Shown here: in pieces, positions 44,928 through 55,556 of the stretch | How the letters are laid out: each line of letters starts with the position of its first letter | Position numbering within the stretch: position 1 is the stretch's first letter | Assembly (NCBI GenBank): GCA_963785305.1 | Contig: CAWAUV010000004.1 | Coordinates: 160,001 to 224,000 of the forward strand | DNA length: 64,000 bases | From: an uncultured Planctomycetaceae bacterium | Lineage (GTDB): Bacteria > Planctomycetota > Planctomycetia > Pirellulales > PALSA-1355 | Direction of reading: 5' to 3' | Program-made: the position numbers and the translations under genes | The notes under the pieces: generated by a model | Seen by the model: only the letters and a program-made list of their open reading frames with translations | Told to the model about the DNA's origin: nothing | Databases searched by the model: none

Positions 44928-46247
44928 TCAAACCAATTCGTGGATCACTTCGCGGTCGTCGAGCAAATACACCGGCCGGCCGTTGAGATCATGGATTTGC
45001 ATGGCCGGGTCGATGCCTAGGTGGCGATACAAAGTCGCGAGCACATGGCTCGGCGTGTGGGGGCGGCCCTTGGATCGCTCGGCGCGAGCGTCGGTTTCGC
45101 CAATGGCTTGACCGTGGCGAAAGCCGCCGCCGGCCAGGAGCGCGAAGCCGGCCGAGGGCCAATGATCGCGGCCCGCGCGGGGATTGATTCGCGGCGTGCG
45201 GCCGAACTCGCCCCACATCACCACCGCCACGTCGTCGGACATGCCGCGCTCCGCGAGGTCGGTCACGAGCGCATGCACTCCGCGGTCGACTTGCGGCAGT
45301 TGCTGCCGCATCTTCGCGAAATTATTGGTGTGCGTGTCCCACGAGCCGACCGAGAGGGTCACCACCGACACACCCGCCTCGACCAATCGCCGGGCCGCGA
45401 GAAAGTTCTTATTCTCGGCGCCGTAGCGATCGCGCACCGCTCGAGGCTCGCGCTCGAGGTCGAAGGCGTCGCGCGCGGCGGTCGAAGTCACCATGTCGAT
45501 TGCGCGCGAGGTAAACGCATCGACGCCGGCAATGGCGCCGCCGTAATCGAGATCGCGATGGATCGTGTCGAGATCGTGGAGCAATCGCCGACGATCGGCT
45601 AGCCGCTCGAGCGACACTCCCGAGACGAGCGATAAATTGTTGAGCCCCGGCCCCGAGGGAACAAAGGGCCGATGAGCCGCGCCGACATAGGCCGGGTCTT
45701 CGCCCATCGCGTTGTACGACAAGCTGACATAAGCCGGCATGCCGGCCCGCTGCTTGCCCAGGTAACTCACCACGCTCCCCAGCGCCGGCCGCTTCACCTT
45801 GTCGGGAAAGCCGGTCATGAGCATATGCGAACTATGCTGATTCACGGATTCGAGCCCGCGCACGATCGAGAGCTTGTCCATGATCTCGGCCTGCCGCGGC
45901 ATCAGCTCGCAGATTTCGACCCCGGGAACTCGAGTCGCGATCGGCGAAAGCTCGCCGCGAATTTCGAGCGGCGCCGCCGGCTTCAGATCGTAGGTGTCGA
46001 GATGCGTCGGACCACCGGGCAGATAGATCATGATCACGCTTTTCGCGCGGCGAGTCGACGCGAGCGAATTGACATTCGAACTCGGGTGGGCCGAAGCCAA
46101 AGTCGCCGCGGGCGTGGCGGCGTGGGCTTGATAGCGAAGTAAGTCCGCTAGCGTCAGGCCGCCGATCGAGAGCGCGCCGACTCGCAAAAAATCTCGCCTG
46201 CTGGCGCCATCGCAAAACCGCCGAGACCGGCCCAAGAAAGTGAGCAT
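44928..46247 (-). CDS. DUF1501 domain protein (Tat signal)
   Basis: SRRDFLRVG, YLPGGPTHLDTYDLKP, ARRLVEAGV, WGEFGRTP, GRDHW. Confidence 0.92.
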   Translation of the reverse strand: MLTFLGRSRRFCDGASRRDFLRVGALSIGGLTLADLLRYQAHAATPAATLASAHPSSNVNSLASTRRAKSVIMIYLPGGPTHLDTYDLKPAAPLEIRGELSPIATRVPGVEICELMPRQAEIMDKLSIVRGLESVNQHSSHMLMTGFPDKVKRPALGSVVSYLGKQRAGMPAYVSLSYNAMGEDPAYVGAAHRPFVPSGPGLNNLSLVSGVSLERLADRRRLLHDLDTIHRDLDYGGAIAGVDAFTSRAIDMVTSTAARDAFDLEREPRAVRDRYGAENKNFLAARRLVEAGVSVVTLSVGSWDTHTNNFAKMRQQLPQVDRGVHALVTDLAERGMSDDVAVVMWGEFGRTPRINPRAGRDHWPSAGFALLAGGGFRHGQAIGETDARAERSKGRPHTPSHVLATLYRHLGIDPAMQIHDLNGRPVYLLDDREVIHELV

Positions 46248-46598
46248 GGCAGGAACTCCCGAAGAAAGAGAGTCGAAGCAAAACTGCGGAAGATCGCATC
46301 TGGCGGAAAGGCATTATCGAGGTTTTATCGAGCCGGCGTCAAGCAATTTTTTCGGGCTTTTCCTGGGCGATCGATTTTGCGGGTCGCGCGCCTTGTGCCG
46401 ACGGTAATTCGCCGCGGCGATTCGCATGAACTTCGCCTTGCCGAGAGGCCGATAAATTCGTAACCACTGGGGAGGCCGTCCGACATTGTGTCGCGGGGGC
46501 GATGGGTGGATGGCGAGATTGAGTGCTGGCGCCGGGCAGTCGCGGCAATGCGACCGCCGTTATGTGCGAACGCCGGCTTTCCGGAGCTTTTCGACGTT

Positions 46599-46871
46599 AT
46601 GACCGTTTTTTCGTTTTCCGAGGTTCCTCCGAGGAATGTGGCCACCGTGGCCGAGCAGCGGCTCAAAGCGAGCCCCTACTACTTTCTCAAGCGAATCACC
46701 TGCGAATACGCCGAAGGCACATTGACCCTCCGCGGTCGGGTGCCGATTCCGCAGCTTCTGCCGCTGGCCGAGAGCATCGTGGCCGATGTCGATGGCGTGA
46801 TCGACGTGGCGAACTGCCTGGAGCTCGGCGATCCGTTTACCGCCGGTCGCGAGGCGCGAAACGCCGGATAA
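46599..46871 (+). CDS. BON domain protein
   Basis: GTLTLRGRVP...AESIVADVDGVIDVANCLE. Confidence 0.75.
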   Translation: MTVFSFSEVPPRNVATVAEQRLKASPYYFLKRITCEYAEGTLTLRGRVPIPQLLPLAESIVADVDGVIDVANCLELGDPFTAGREARNAG

Positions 46872-48447
46872 TCGCCTTGGCGGCGCGCAGCCCATCGAGC
46901 GCCGCGCTGATGATGCCGCCGGCATAACCGGCCCCCTCGCCGATTGGAATCAGCCCCGGGGTGCTCGTGCTTTCGAGCGTTTCATCGTGGCGAATAAATC
47001 GCACCGGGGAACTGCCCCGCGCCTCGGGACCCACGAGCGTGGCGCCGGCCAGAAACGTGCCTCGCCAGCGGCGGTCCAAGAGCGGCAACCCATCGCGCAG
47101 CGCCGAAACGACCCCCGGCGGAACGAGTTCGGCAAGTTCCAGCGACACGACGCCGCGCGGATAGCTCGACGCGATATCGCCCCGCGAGCGGCGCCAGGCC
47201 AAAAAATCGTCGGCCCGCTGAATCGGGCAGCGGTAATCGCCGCCGGCCAGCTCGAAGGCGCGTCGCTCATAGCGGCGCTGCAACGCCATGCCGGCCAACG
47301 GGCCGGAGCCGCCAAAATCGGCCGGGTCGAGCGTGATCATCAGCCCGGAATTGGCGAAGGGCGAAGCGCGCCGCGAGAGGCTCATGCCATTGGTGGCGAA
47401 ATAGCCCGCTTCCGACACGCTCGGCATTACATGTCCGCCGGCGCACATGCAGAACGTAAATAGATTCCGCTCGCCGCGCGCCACGAGACTATAGTCGGCC
47501 GCGCCGAGCTTGTCTTCCAATCGCGCTGGGCCATACTGAGCCCGGTTGACTTGTTCTTGCGATTGTTCGATTCGCACACCGAGTTGAAACGGCTTCGGCG
47601 CCATCGCCACGCCGCGGCGGTGAAGCATTTCATAGGTGTCGCGAGCGCTATGGCCCATGGCAAACACGGCCACGCCCGCGGGCACGCGCCCGCTCGATGT
47701 ATCGAGCCAGCGAATCGCGCCCTCGGCGAGTCCCAGGTCTTCGACGCGACAATCGAAGCGAAATTCGCCGCCCATCGCTTCGACCTGCCGGCGCATCGCC
47801 TTGACCACCGCCGGCAGCCGATTGCTGCCCAAGTGGGGCCGATGGTCGTACACGATCGAGGGCTTGCCCTTCGAGGCGGCGAAGAGCTCGAGCACGCGTC
47901 GCACATCGGGTCCGCTGGCCCGGCAGGTGAGCTTGCCATCGCTAAACGTGCCGGCGCCGCCTTCGCCGAATAGGTAATTGCTTTCGGGATTGTGGGGGCC
48001 GCCGGCGTCGAAGGCTTTGACATCGCGAATCCGATCGCGCACGCTTCGCCCGCGCTCGAGCACGAGCGGCTCATAGCCGGCCGAGGCCAGAAACCACGCG
48101 GCCACGACTCCGGCCGGCCCGGCGCCGACGATCACCGGCCGCTCCTCGAGCGGCGTCGTTCCCGGCGGCGGCAATTCGAAGGGCGGTTCGGCGTAAAGCT
48201 CGGCGCGGATCGAAGTCGCGGGAGTTCGGCGGCTTGCCAACCGGCGCGATTCATCGTCGTGGAGCGAGACTTCGAGCGAGTACATAAACACGATGTCGCG
48301 CCGATCGCGAGCATCAAGGCTTTTGCGGAGAATGCGCCAATGACGCACATCGTCGGCCCGCACGCCGAGCGAACTTAGGATCGCGCTTTCGAGCCCGGCT
48401 TCGGATTCGTCGATGCCCAAGCGGATATTGGATAAGCGAATCGGCAC
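46837..48447 (-). CDS. FAD-dependent oxidoreductase/dehydrogenase
   Basis: VGAGPAG, FGEGGAGTFSDGKL, FCMCAGG, GEGAGYAGGIISAALDG. Confidence 0.9.
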   Translation of the reverse strand: MPIRLSNIRLGIDESEAGLESAILSSLGVRADDVRHWRILRKSLDARDRRDIVFMYSLEVSLHDDESRRLASRRTPATSIRAELYAEPPFELPPPGTTPLEERPVIVGAGPAGVVAAWFLASAGYEPLVLERGRSVRDRIRDVKAFDAGGPHNPESNYLFGEGGAGTFSDGKLTCRASGPDVRRVLELFAASKGKPSIVYDHRPHLGSNRLPAVVKAMRRQVEAMGGEFRFDCRVEDLGLAEGAIRWLDTSSGRVPAGVAVFAMGHSARDTYEMLHRRGVAMAPKPFQLGVRIEQSQEQVNRAQYGPARLEDKLGAADYSLVARGERNLFTFCMCAGGHVMPSVSEAGYFATNGMSLSRRASPFANSGLMITLDPADFGGSGPLAGMALQRRYERRAFELAGGDYRCPIQRADDFLAWRRSRGDIASSYPRGVVSLELAELVPPGVVSALRDGLPLLDRRWRGTFLAGATLVGPEARGSSPVRFIRHDETLESTSTPGLIPIGEGAGYAGGIISAALDGLRAAKAIIRRFAPRDRR

Positions 48448-48576
48448 TTCGAAACTTTCAAGCGGGGCAGTCTGGCGGAAAGGCGGCAGGCAGTTCCATA
48501 ATAAGCGACCGGCTTGAGAATGAAACTCGCGGCCGTGGATTTTCGCCGAGAGAAATACGACCGGCGTCGCGCGGGT

Positions 48577-49359
48577 CTACACGATCGCGGCCGGCGATTG
48601 CGTCACAAGGTCCGCGAGGGCGCGCACCCGATTTTCGCGGACGGCGCCACCCCGCCCGCCGATACATGCCGCCCCGCGCACTCCGACCACGTCGGGCGTC
48701 ATCGCCACGACAAGCGCGAGCGCATCGCCAGCCAATGCGCCCGCCAAACCGAGCCGGATTCCCGACGCGCGAGCCTGGGCAATGAGCGATTCGAGCAAGG
48801 CTCGGTCGCAGTGCGATGTCAGACCGCGGCCGTCCTTGCGAAACGTGTCGATCACCAAAAAAGGAGACCCCCTGTCCACGGCCCAGTCGAGCGCCGCCGC
48901 GAGCGATGGCCCGTTGGAGGCCGCGAGATCGGCGTACACGACCGGAACGCACGACAGCCCGCGCGGCAACGTGGCCACGGCCGTTTGCCAGGGCTTGCTC
49001 CACGCGGCAATCGACGATCCGAGACCCGCGAGCCCGACCTTCACGAAGTCGAGGCCGGCGAGCGCGGCGGTAAACGCGGAATCTCGGTCGCTCGGACCGT
49101 CAGAACTGTTTGTCTCGCCCGCGAAGCTATCGCGCAGCTCCCCGAGAGCGGCGCTTACCGGGGCGCGACCCGCCACCGCGGCGACGATCGCGGCGATCAT
49201 GCTCGGATCGGCGGCGCCCAACGGGCCGCGCGCGGGTTCCTTGATGTCGATAATATCGACCCCGCCGGCCAGCGCCGCCATTGTCTCCGAGACATCGCGC
49301 ACACTCACGAGCAACCGCGGACGATCGAACTTCAATGTTCGTTTTGCGAATCCTGCCAT
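48577..49359 (-). CDS. mfnB: (5-formylfuran-3-yl)methyl phosphate synthase (4-HFC-P synthase, DUF556)
   Basis: LLVSVRD, GGVDIIDIKEPARGPLGA, VSAALGE, FVKVG, IDTFRKDG, LAGAL, VGVRGAAC. Confidence 0.88.
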   Translation of the reverse strand: MAGFAKRTLKFDRPRLLVSVRDVSETMAALAGGVDIIDIKEPARGPLGAADPSMIAAIVAAVAGRAPVSAALGELRDSFAGETNSSDGPSDRDSAFTAALAGLDFVKVGLAGLGSSIAAWSKPWQTAVATLPRGLSCVPVVYADLAASNGPSLAAALDWAVDRGSPFLVIDTFRKDGRGLTSHCDRALLESLIAQARASGIRLGLAGALAGDALALVVAMTPDVVGVRGAACIGGRGGAVRENRVRALADLVTQSPAAIV

Positions 49360-49362
49360 GAT

Positions 49363-52300
49363 TTATATGCCGGCGGGCGGCGGTGTTCCCGGTGTGTCGC
49401 TGGTCGGCGCGAAGCCGCGGCGCATTGTGTTCTCGGTGATCGTTCGTGGCAACACGAATTGCAAGAGATATTCCGCCCCGCCGGCCTTGCTGCCGATGCC
49501 CGACATCTTGAATCCGCCAAACGGCTGCCGTCCCACGAGGGCGCCGGTAATCGAGCGATTCAAATACACATTGCCGGCCACAAGCTCCCGCCGAGCGCGC
49601 GCCAAGTGGTCGGGATTGCGCGAGTAAACTCCCGCGGTGAGCGCATAGTCGGTGCTGTTGGCCATCGCGATGGCGGCGTCGAAATCCGGCGCCCGAAGCA
49701 CGGCGAGCACCGGGCCAAACACCTCTTCTTGCGCCAATCGCGCGTCGGGCGGCACGTCGGCGAAAATATGCGGCCCCACATAATATCCCTCCTCGGCCAA
49801 GGAGCCGACATCGGTGGCCAGCGCCTCGCGGGCCGTTTGGCGGCCAAGGGCGATGTATTCATGAACTCGGCGAAAAGCGTCTTCGTCGATCACCGGGCCG
49901 ACGCTCGTGGCGGGGTCTTCGGCCGGACCGATCTTGAGACTCCGCGTGGCTTCGACCAGCCGCTGAACGAAGGAGTCGTGGATCGCGGCGAGCACGATCA
50001 CGCGCGAGCAGGCCGAGCATTTTTGACCCTGATAGCCGAACGCGCTTTTCATCACGCCGACCACGGCTTCGTCCAGGTCGGCGTCGTCGTCGACGATGAT
50101 CGCATTCTTGCCACCCATTTCGGCGATCACACGTTTGACGCTCGTGAGCCGAGTCGAAACTTCGGCGGCGCGGGCATTGATCGCCAGCCCCACGGACCGC
50201 GATCCGGTAAACGCGATGAGCGCCACATCGGGATGGTCGACCAAGGCGCGGCCGACGATTTCGCCCTCGCCGGGTAGAAAATTCACCACGCCGCGCGGCA
50301 ACCGCAGCTCGTGAAAGATTTCCATGAGCATCGCGCCGACCACGGACGATTGCTCGGCCGGCTTCAGCACCACGGTGTTGCCGGTGGCGAGCGCCGCGGC
50401 GGTCATGCCGGTGAGAATCGCGAGCGGAAAGTTCCAGGGAGCGATCACCGCCACCACGCCGCGCGGCCAGAATTCGAATCGATTCTCCTCGCCCGGAAGA
50501 TCGACCCCATGGGGACTATCGAGCTTTTGGGCCTCGATGGCATAGAACTCGCAGAAGTCGATCGCCTCGCATACATCGGCGTCGGCTTCGCGCCACCCCT
50601 TACCGCATTCGACGACCTCCCAGGCCGCGAGCTCATAGCGCCGGCGGCGCATCGCTCCGGCCGCTCGGCGAAGAAACTCGGCCCGCGCCGCGCGCCGATC
50701 GCGGCCCAAGCGGGCCCGGAGCGCTTGGCGGCGGCCACGGCCAGCGCGGCTTCTTCCGCCGTGACCGCGGCGACGCGCCCGACGACGCTCCGCTTGTGCG
50801 AGGGATTGAGCGAGACGATGATTCGCGGTTCGGCGGGCGCCGAGATTTTCAATCGGGCGCGGCGTCCGGAGTGAGCGCATCGCCATCGATCAAGGGAAAA
50901 ACCGGATTTCCCAAGCGCGGCCTGATCGTTTCCAGGGCCTGCCGCATGGCATCGCGGGATTCGGAGACGCGCGAAGTCCGAAACCGGCTCGTTGCGAAAG
51001 GTCAGTGCGAACGGTCCGCTCGCGACATTCGCCTCGCTTCGGCCGTTGGTCTGGCCCGCGCCGGGCGGTGTGTGATGCAGCGGGTTCATGAGCAGTTTCT
51101 CCACGGGCACATGGTCTGAAAAACTCGCGCGGAGGAAAGAATCGTTCGACGTGTTTTCAAGCAGCCGGCGCACAAGATAAGCCATGCCCGGAATCAATTG
51201 GCCGAACGGCATATAGATTCGCAGGCGATAACCATCGTTGACGAGCGCTTGTTTTTCCGAATCGGCCATGCCGTAGAGCATTTGCAGTTCGAATGCCGTT
51301 TGCGGCACGCTCCGATGTCGCGCCACGGCGATCGCATGGGCGAGCGAGCGAAGATTGTGGCTGGCGATCGCCGGGCGAAGCCACTCGGCATTGCACATCA
51401 AGAAGCGGGTCTGGCGTTCGTAGTTCGCGTCGGTTTCGGCTTTGTGCTGGTAGACTGGAATCGGCCAGTCCTCGCTGATCGCATGCACGGTCTCATAGTC
51501 CCAGTACGCGCCTTTCACGAGGCGCACCCAAATCGGGTTCCCGCGCTGCCGAGCCCAATCGCGCAGCGCCACGAGGTCGCGGCCCGAGTCGCGCAAATAA
51601 CACTGAATCACGATGCCCACATCGACGAAACCGCGGAACTCGTCCTCGCCAAGCACCTGCTTGAAGATGGCGAGCGTGAGGTCCTTCGTGGCATAGGATT
51701 CCATGTCGACATGCAAATGCGCCCGATGGGCACGCGCTTGCCGAAGCAGCGCGCGCAATCGCTCGCTCACGCGCCGCGCGGCGCCCTGGGGATCGATCGC
51801 GTCGAACTGGCTGTCGAGGGCTGAAAGCTTGACGGAAACATTGACGCGCGGAATCTCGACCAACAGCGAGCGATCGATCTGCGGGACCTCGGGCCAGGCG
51901 TTGACCACCGGCGCGATGCCGGCGATGAGATCGAGATAGGCCCGAAAATATCGCTCGGCTTCGACATCGGAAATGACCGCTTCGCCGAGAAGATCGAGTG
52001 TGAAGGCGCGGCGCAATTTGCGCTGGGCTCGGGCCGCGGCGAGCACTTCGGTCAGATTCTCGCCCGCGATAAAGCGTCGGGCGTTGCCAGCGGCATTATG
52101 GCGCACCGCTTCGGCGGCGAACCGGCCCACGGCCGAACCGGGGCGAGCCAGCGCCAGCCCCCAGCGAGCCGCGATCGGCAACGATGGCCGGACCGGGCGA
52201 AAATAATTATCGAGGTGATGCACGATCGCCGCGTCGCTACCCAGCATCGGCAGCACATCAATGAAGCGGAACATTTCCACTTTGACCCGCTCGTCGCGCA

Positions 52301-52448
52301 TCGCCCATTGCATGAGCCGATCGTCCCACCAGCGACGCTCGAAGATTTTGGGCCGGTGGCGTCCGAGCCGCGCGAAGAGATAGCGGCCCAATTCCTGGGT
52401 GGTTTTTTCGATGCGGCCCAGTTCGATCGGGTTCAGGTCGTCTTGCAC
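49363..52448 (-). CDS. putA: Bifunctional proline dehydrogenase / L-glutamate gamma-semialdehyde dehydrogenase (frameshifts between about 50690 and 50970)
   Basis: PRODH: FRFIDVLP, DLLGEA, SVKLSAL, VDMES, RLVKGAYWD, YLVRRLLEN. GSALDH: IAPWNFP, FTGS, AEMGGKN, QKCSAC, EEVFGP. Confidence 0.9.
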
Positions 52449-52638
52449 GCGCGAGACCTCGAGGGAAAACGCGTTGGCCGTTCGCCTATTGAAGAGTATC
52501 CCTCGATCGCGAAAAAGGGTAGCCGATTCCGACAAGCGGAAAACCGCGAGGCAGACCGGGCGGGCGGCGAGCAAGCGCGGTCAAAGAGCCGAATTTCGAG
52601 GCCCCGCTTGCCGCGGCCTCGCCAAAACGGCGCCCGAA

Positions 52639-55116
52639 CTATCGGCGACGCTCGCGTGGATCGCGCCGCCACTCGACGCCGGCCTCTTGCAGGAGCCCCT
52701 CGATCCAGCCGCGGTAGATTTTTTCGCGGTCGAAATTGGCGAGCGATTTGTATCGCGGATCCTTGTCCTGGCCGAATGAGGTCAGCATCGTGTCGAGCGA
52801 ACGATCGAATTCGAGCAAATGCACCACAAAAACCGTGGTTTGAGGATTGTTGGTCGTCACGGTGTAATCGTCGGGGCTCAAGTGGAACACCGCGCGCATA
52901 AACGCTTCGCCGGGAATATCGACGCCCTCGACAACACCGAACCGCGGCTGCGGCGGCTCGTTTTCACGCGGCGTGGGTCCAAACGTAATCCACGAGAACG
53001 GCGCCGGCTTCAACACGCGCAGCTCCGGCTGTTTGCCGAACAGGGCTTCGAGCGACTTCTTCTCGCGCCGCGCTTCGGCCATGTATTCCTTGGCCTTTTT
53101 CTCGGCCAGCTTTCGCGCTTCCATGAACTTCCAGGCTTGTTCGACCTTCGGCTTGGCTTGTTCAAAGGTGGGCACATGCTCGGATTCGACGCGTGTCTTC
53201 CAGGAGAGGAACTCGCGATGGGCATCCGAGGTGCGGAGCGGAGCATAGAGCCCCAGCCCGTCGCCGAAGGTTAGCGAGATGAAGTTCTGCCCGCGGAGCG
53301 AGGGATCGCTCGGGATCGAGCGGCCGATATTGGTGTCGTCGTTGGCCTGCTGGGCCGAGATCGGTCCCATCTCATGCGCCTCGAAGCCGTATTGCTTGGC
53401 GAGCGCCGCGAAGTCGAGCGGCGCCGGGCCGGCGGGCTTCTTGGCTTTGCTCGAACTATTTTTGTCGCCGGCCTTCTCGCCCTCGCCCGCCGCATCGTCT
53501 TGGGGTTCTTCGTCGAGACGCTGATCCGCGTATTCGGCCATGAGTTTCTGCAGGGCGTCCATCGAGGCAAAGAGCTGATTCGCGGTGTTTTCGCGGGCGA
53601 TGCTGGTGCGAATCGCGTCGCGCACTTTGTCGAGCGGCTCGTATTCGACCGGCGCCGGTTGATCGCTTGGCTTGTCGGGCGCCGGCTTTTCGGACGTTTG
53701 ATCGGCGGGCTTCTCGGCCGGTGGCTCGGCGGCAGGCTTGTCGCTCGCCGGCGCGGAATCCGTCGCCGGGGGCTTCTCGGCCGGAGCCGCCGGTTTGTCC
53801 GCCGGTTTGTCCGCCGGCGCCGAATCGCCGGAAGTTGCTTTTTCATCGGCATTCACAAGGCGAATCGTCGCGCGGAATCGAGCGCTCGCGCCGCTCTTGG
53901 GCGCCGGCTCGGCGGGTTTGCTTTCCGGCGGCGATGGCTCGGCCGGCTTGGTCTCCGCGGGCTTCGATTCCGCGGCTGGCTCGGCGGGCTTCGCGTCGGC
54001 GGGCTTCGCGTCGGCCGGCTTGGTCTCCGCGGGTTTCGTTTCGTCGGGCATTGCCTCCGCGGGCTTGGTTTCGCTCGATGGGGCTTCGCCGTTCGCGGCG
54101 CCCGACGTGGGCTTGCCGCTGCCCGATTCGGGCGGCAGCGTGGTTTTGCGGAATTGCGTGGCTTTGTTCTTTTCGTAATACGCCACGATTTGCGGCTCGG
54201 TCACTTCGGCTTCGGCCCGGCGAATCATGTCGTCGACGTTGGCCATGAAATACTGCACCACCACCTTTTTCGGCTCCTTGAAGCCGGGATCAGGCGACTG
54301 GGCCAGGGGTAGTTCATCGCGATGCTTGACATACAGTTTTCGCAGCTCTTGCTCGCTCGGCCGCGAGACCTCCGCAACGAAGTTGGTCACCGGCAGGGCG
54401 AGCGCTTCGATCGTGGCCCGCTGATTGGCGCGAAGATAATAATCCCATTGCTGGCCCGGGGTGACGGGGCGCAGATCGGCAATGAACATGTTGCGATATT
54501 CGTTGGCCAAGAGCTCGATGCGCAAGGCCTGAAACAATCGCTTTTGGCTGATCGGATTGTCGCGCGAGCCGAGGCTCCCGATGATTTTCGCGAGTTGCTC
54601 GCGCGTAATCGCGTCGCCAATGACATGGGAAAGAAAGTCGTTGATCGTGGCGTCGGACACCACGATTCCGGCCGCCTCGGCGCTTTTCGAGAGCACGAAG
54701 GTTTCCACGGCGCCACGATCACCGAGCGCCCGGCGGTTGTCCATGATCTCGTCGTTCGAGAGATTCATGATTTGCAGCAACTCGCCGCGCTTTTGCATGG
54801 TGAAGCTGTTGAGAAGCTGATTCTTGAAACTCTCGTTGACCTGAAACTGCTCGACCTGCCGGTGGGCGAGGGTATCGGCCAACACAATTAAAAAACTTTT
54901 CACCAGCTCGCGGCTGCCGTTCAAATTCATGAGATCGGATTCGTGCAAGGGGCCGAAATGCGCCGTGTCGACCACGACCGCGTCATCGCGCGTGCGGCTG
55001 CCGATCGTCGAGGAAACGTTGGGCAAAAACACAAAAGCGATCATCGCCAACACGCCCACACAGGCCAGGAGCACGCGTTGATGACGACGAAAAATCGTGA
55101 ACGGACTGGACATCAT
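52639..55116 (-). CDS. SurA/PpiD-like membrane-anchored periplasmic chaperone with Pro/Ala/Glu/Lys low-complexity linkers
   Basis: FRRHQRVLLACVGVLAMIAFVF anchor, AGIVVSDATI, EVTEPQIVAYYEKNK, PLDKVRDAI, PTFEQAKPKV. Confidence 0.65.
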   Translation of the reverse strand: MMSSPFTIFRRHQRVLLACVGVLAMIAFVFLPNVSSTIGSRTRDDAVVVDTAHFGPLHESDLMNLNGSRELVKSFLIVLADTLAHRQVEQFQVNESFKNQLLNSFTMQKRGELLQIMNLSNDEIMDNRRALGDRGAVETFVLSKSAEAAGIVVSDATINDFLSHVIGDAITREQLAKIIGSLGSRDNPISQKRLFQALRIELLANEYRNMFIADLRPVTPGQQWDYYLRANQRATIEALALPVTNFVAEVSRPSEQELRKLYVKHRDELPLAQSPDPGFKEPKKVVVQYFMANVDDMIRRAEAEVTEPQIVAYYEKNKATQFRKTTLPPESGSGKPTSGAANGEAPSSETKPAEAMPDETKPAETKPADAKPADAKPAEPAAESKPAETKPAEPSPPESKPAEPAPKSGASARFRATIRLVNADEKATSGDSAPADKPADKPAAPAEKPPATDSAPASDKPAAEPPAEKPADQTSEKPAPDKPSDQPAPVEYEPLDKVRDAIRTSIARENTANQLFASMDALQKLMAEYADQRLDEEPQDDAAGEGEKAGDKNSSSKAKKPAGPAPLDFAALAKQYGFEAHEMGPISAQQANDDTNIGRSIPSDPSLRGQNFISLTFGDGLGLYAPLRTSDAHREFLSWKTRVESEHVPTFEQAKPKVEQAWKFMEARKLAEKKAKEYMAEARREKKSLEALFGKQPELRVLKPAPFSWITFGPTPRENEPPQPRFGVVEGVDIPGEAFMRAVFHLSPDDYTVTTNNPQTTVFVVHLLEFDRSLDTMLTSFGQDKDPRYKSLANFDREKIYRGWIEGLLQEAGVEWRRDPRERRR
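53660..54075 (-). repeat. Coding low-complexity repeats (KPAET/KPADA and ADKP/AEKP units)
   Basis: Translation ETKPAEAMPDETKPAETKPADAKPADAKPAEP...ADKPADKPAAPAEKPP. Confidence 0.8.
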
Positions 55117-55556
55117 TGTCCTCGGGCTAGGTGGCTTAGCGGCCGTGAAGAAGGCTTGACAGCCGCAGCCGCACAGTATTAATGAATGGACTTTTGGCGA
55201 GCAGCCGACCCGCGGATGGACGGCCAATCGTCGGGTCGGCGGCGAAACGAAGGCCAAAAGCGCCGCACGGCGCCGATTGTCGTGGGATTGTAAGTTCGCG
55301 CGATGTAAATGCAATCCCAAAAAGGGCTCCCGCGTGCCGCCGCGCGGCGGAGCCAGGTAACCCTCCCGGTCCGATCGCGCGAAGGGACCCGGACTTCGAT
55401 TGTATCGAATCCACCGGCGGCGGCGAGGGTTGCGCGAAACTGTTAAGCCGGTTGTTTCGCGGTCCCTGGCTCGGTTCAAGAATCGCTCCTCCGAGCGCTG
55501 ATAGAAATCGCCTGGCCGGCTCCATCGTCACACCCCCCTGGATTTCCACCCGAACC

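Noticed and set aside
55156..55183. Plus-strand promoter TTGACA...TATTAAT for topA
   Set aside because: Short spacing and about 370 nt from the topA start; more likely part of the divergent gene's promoter region.
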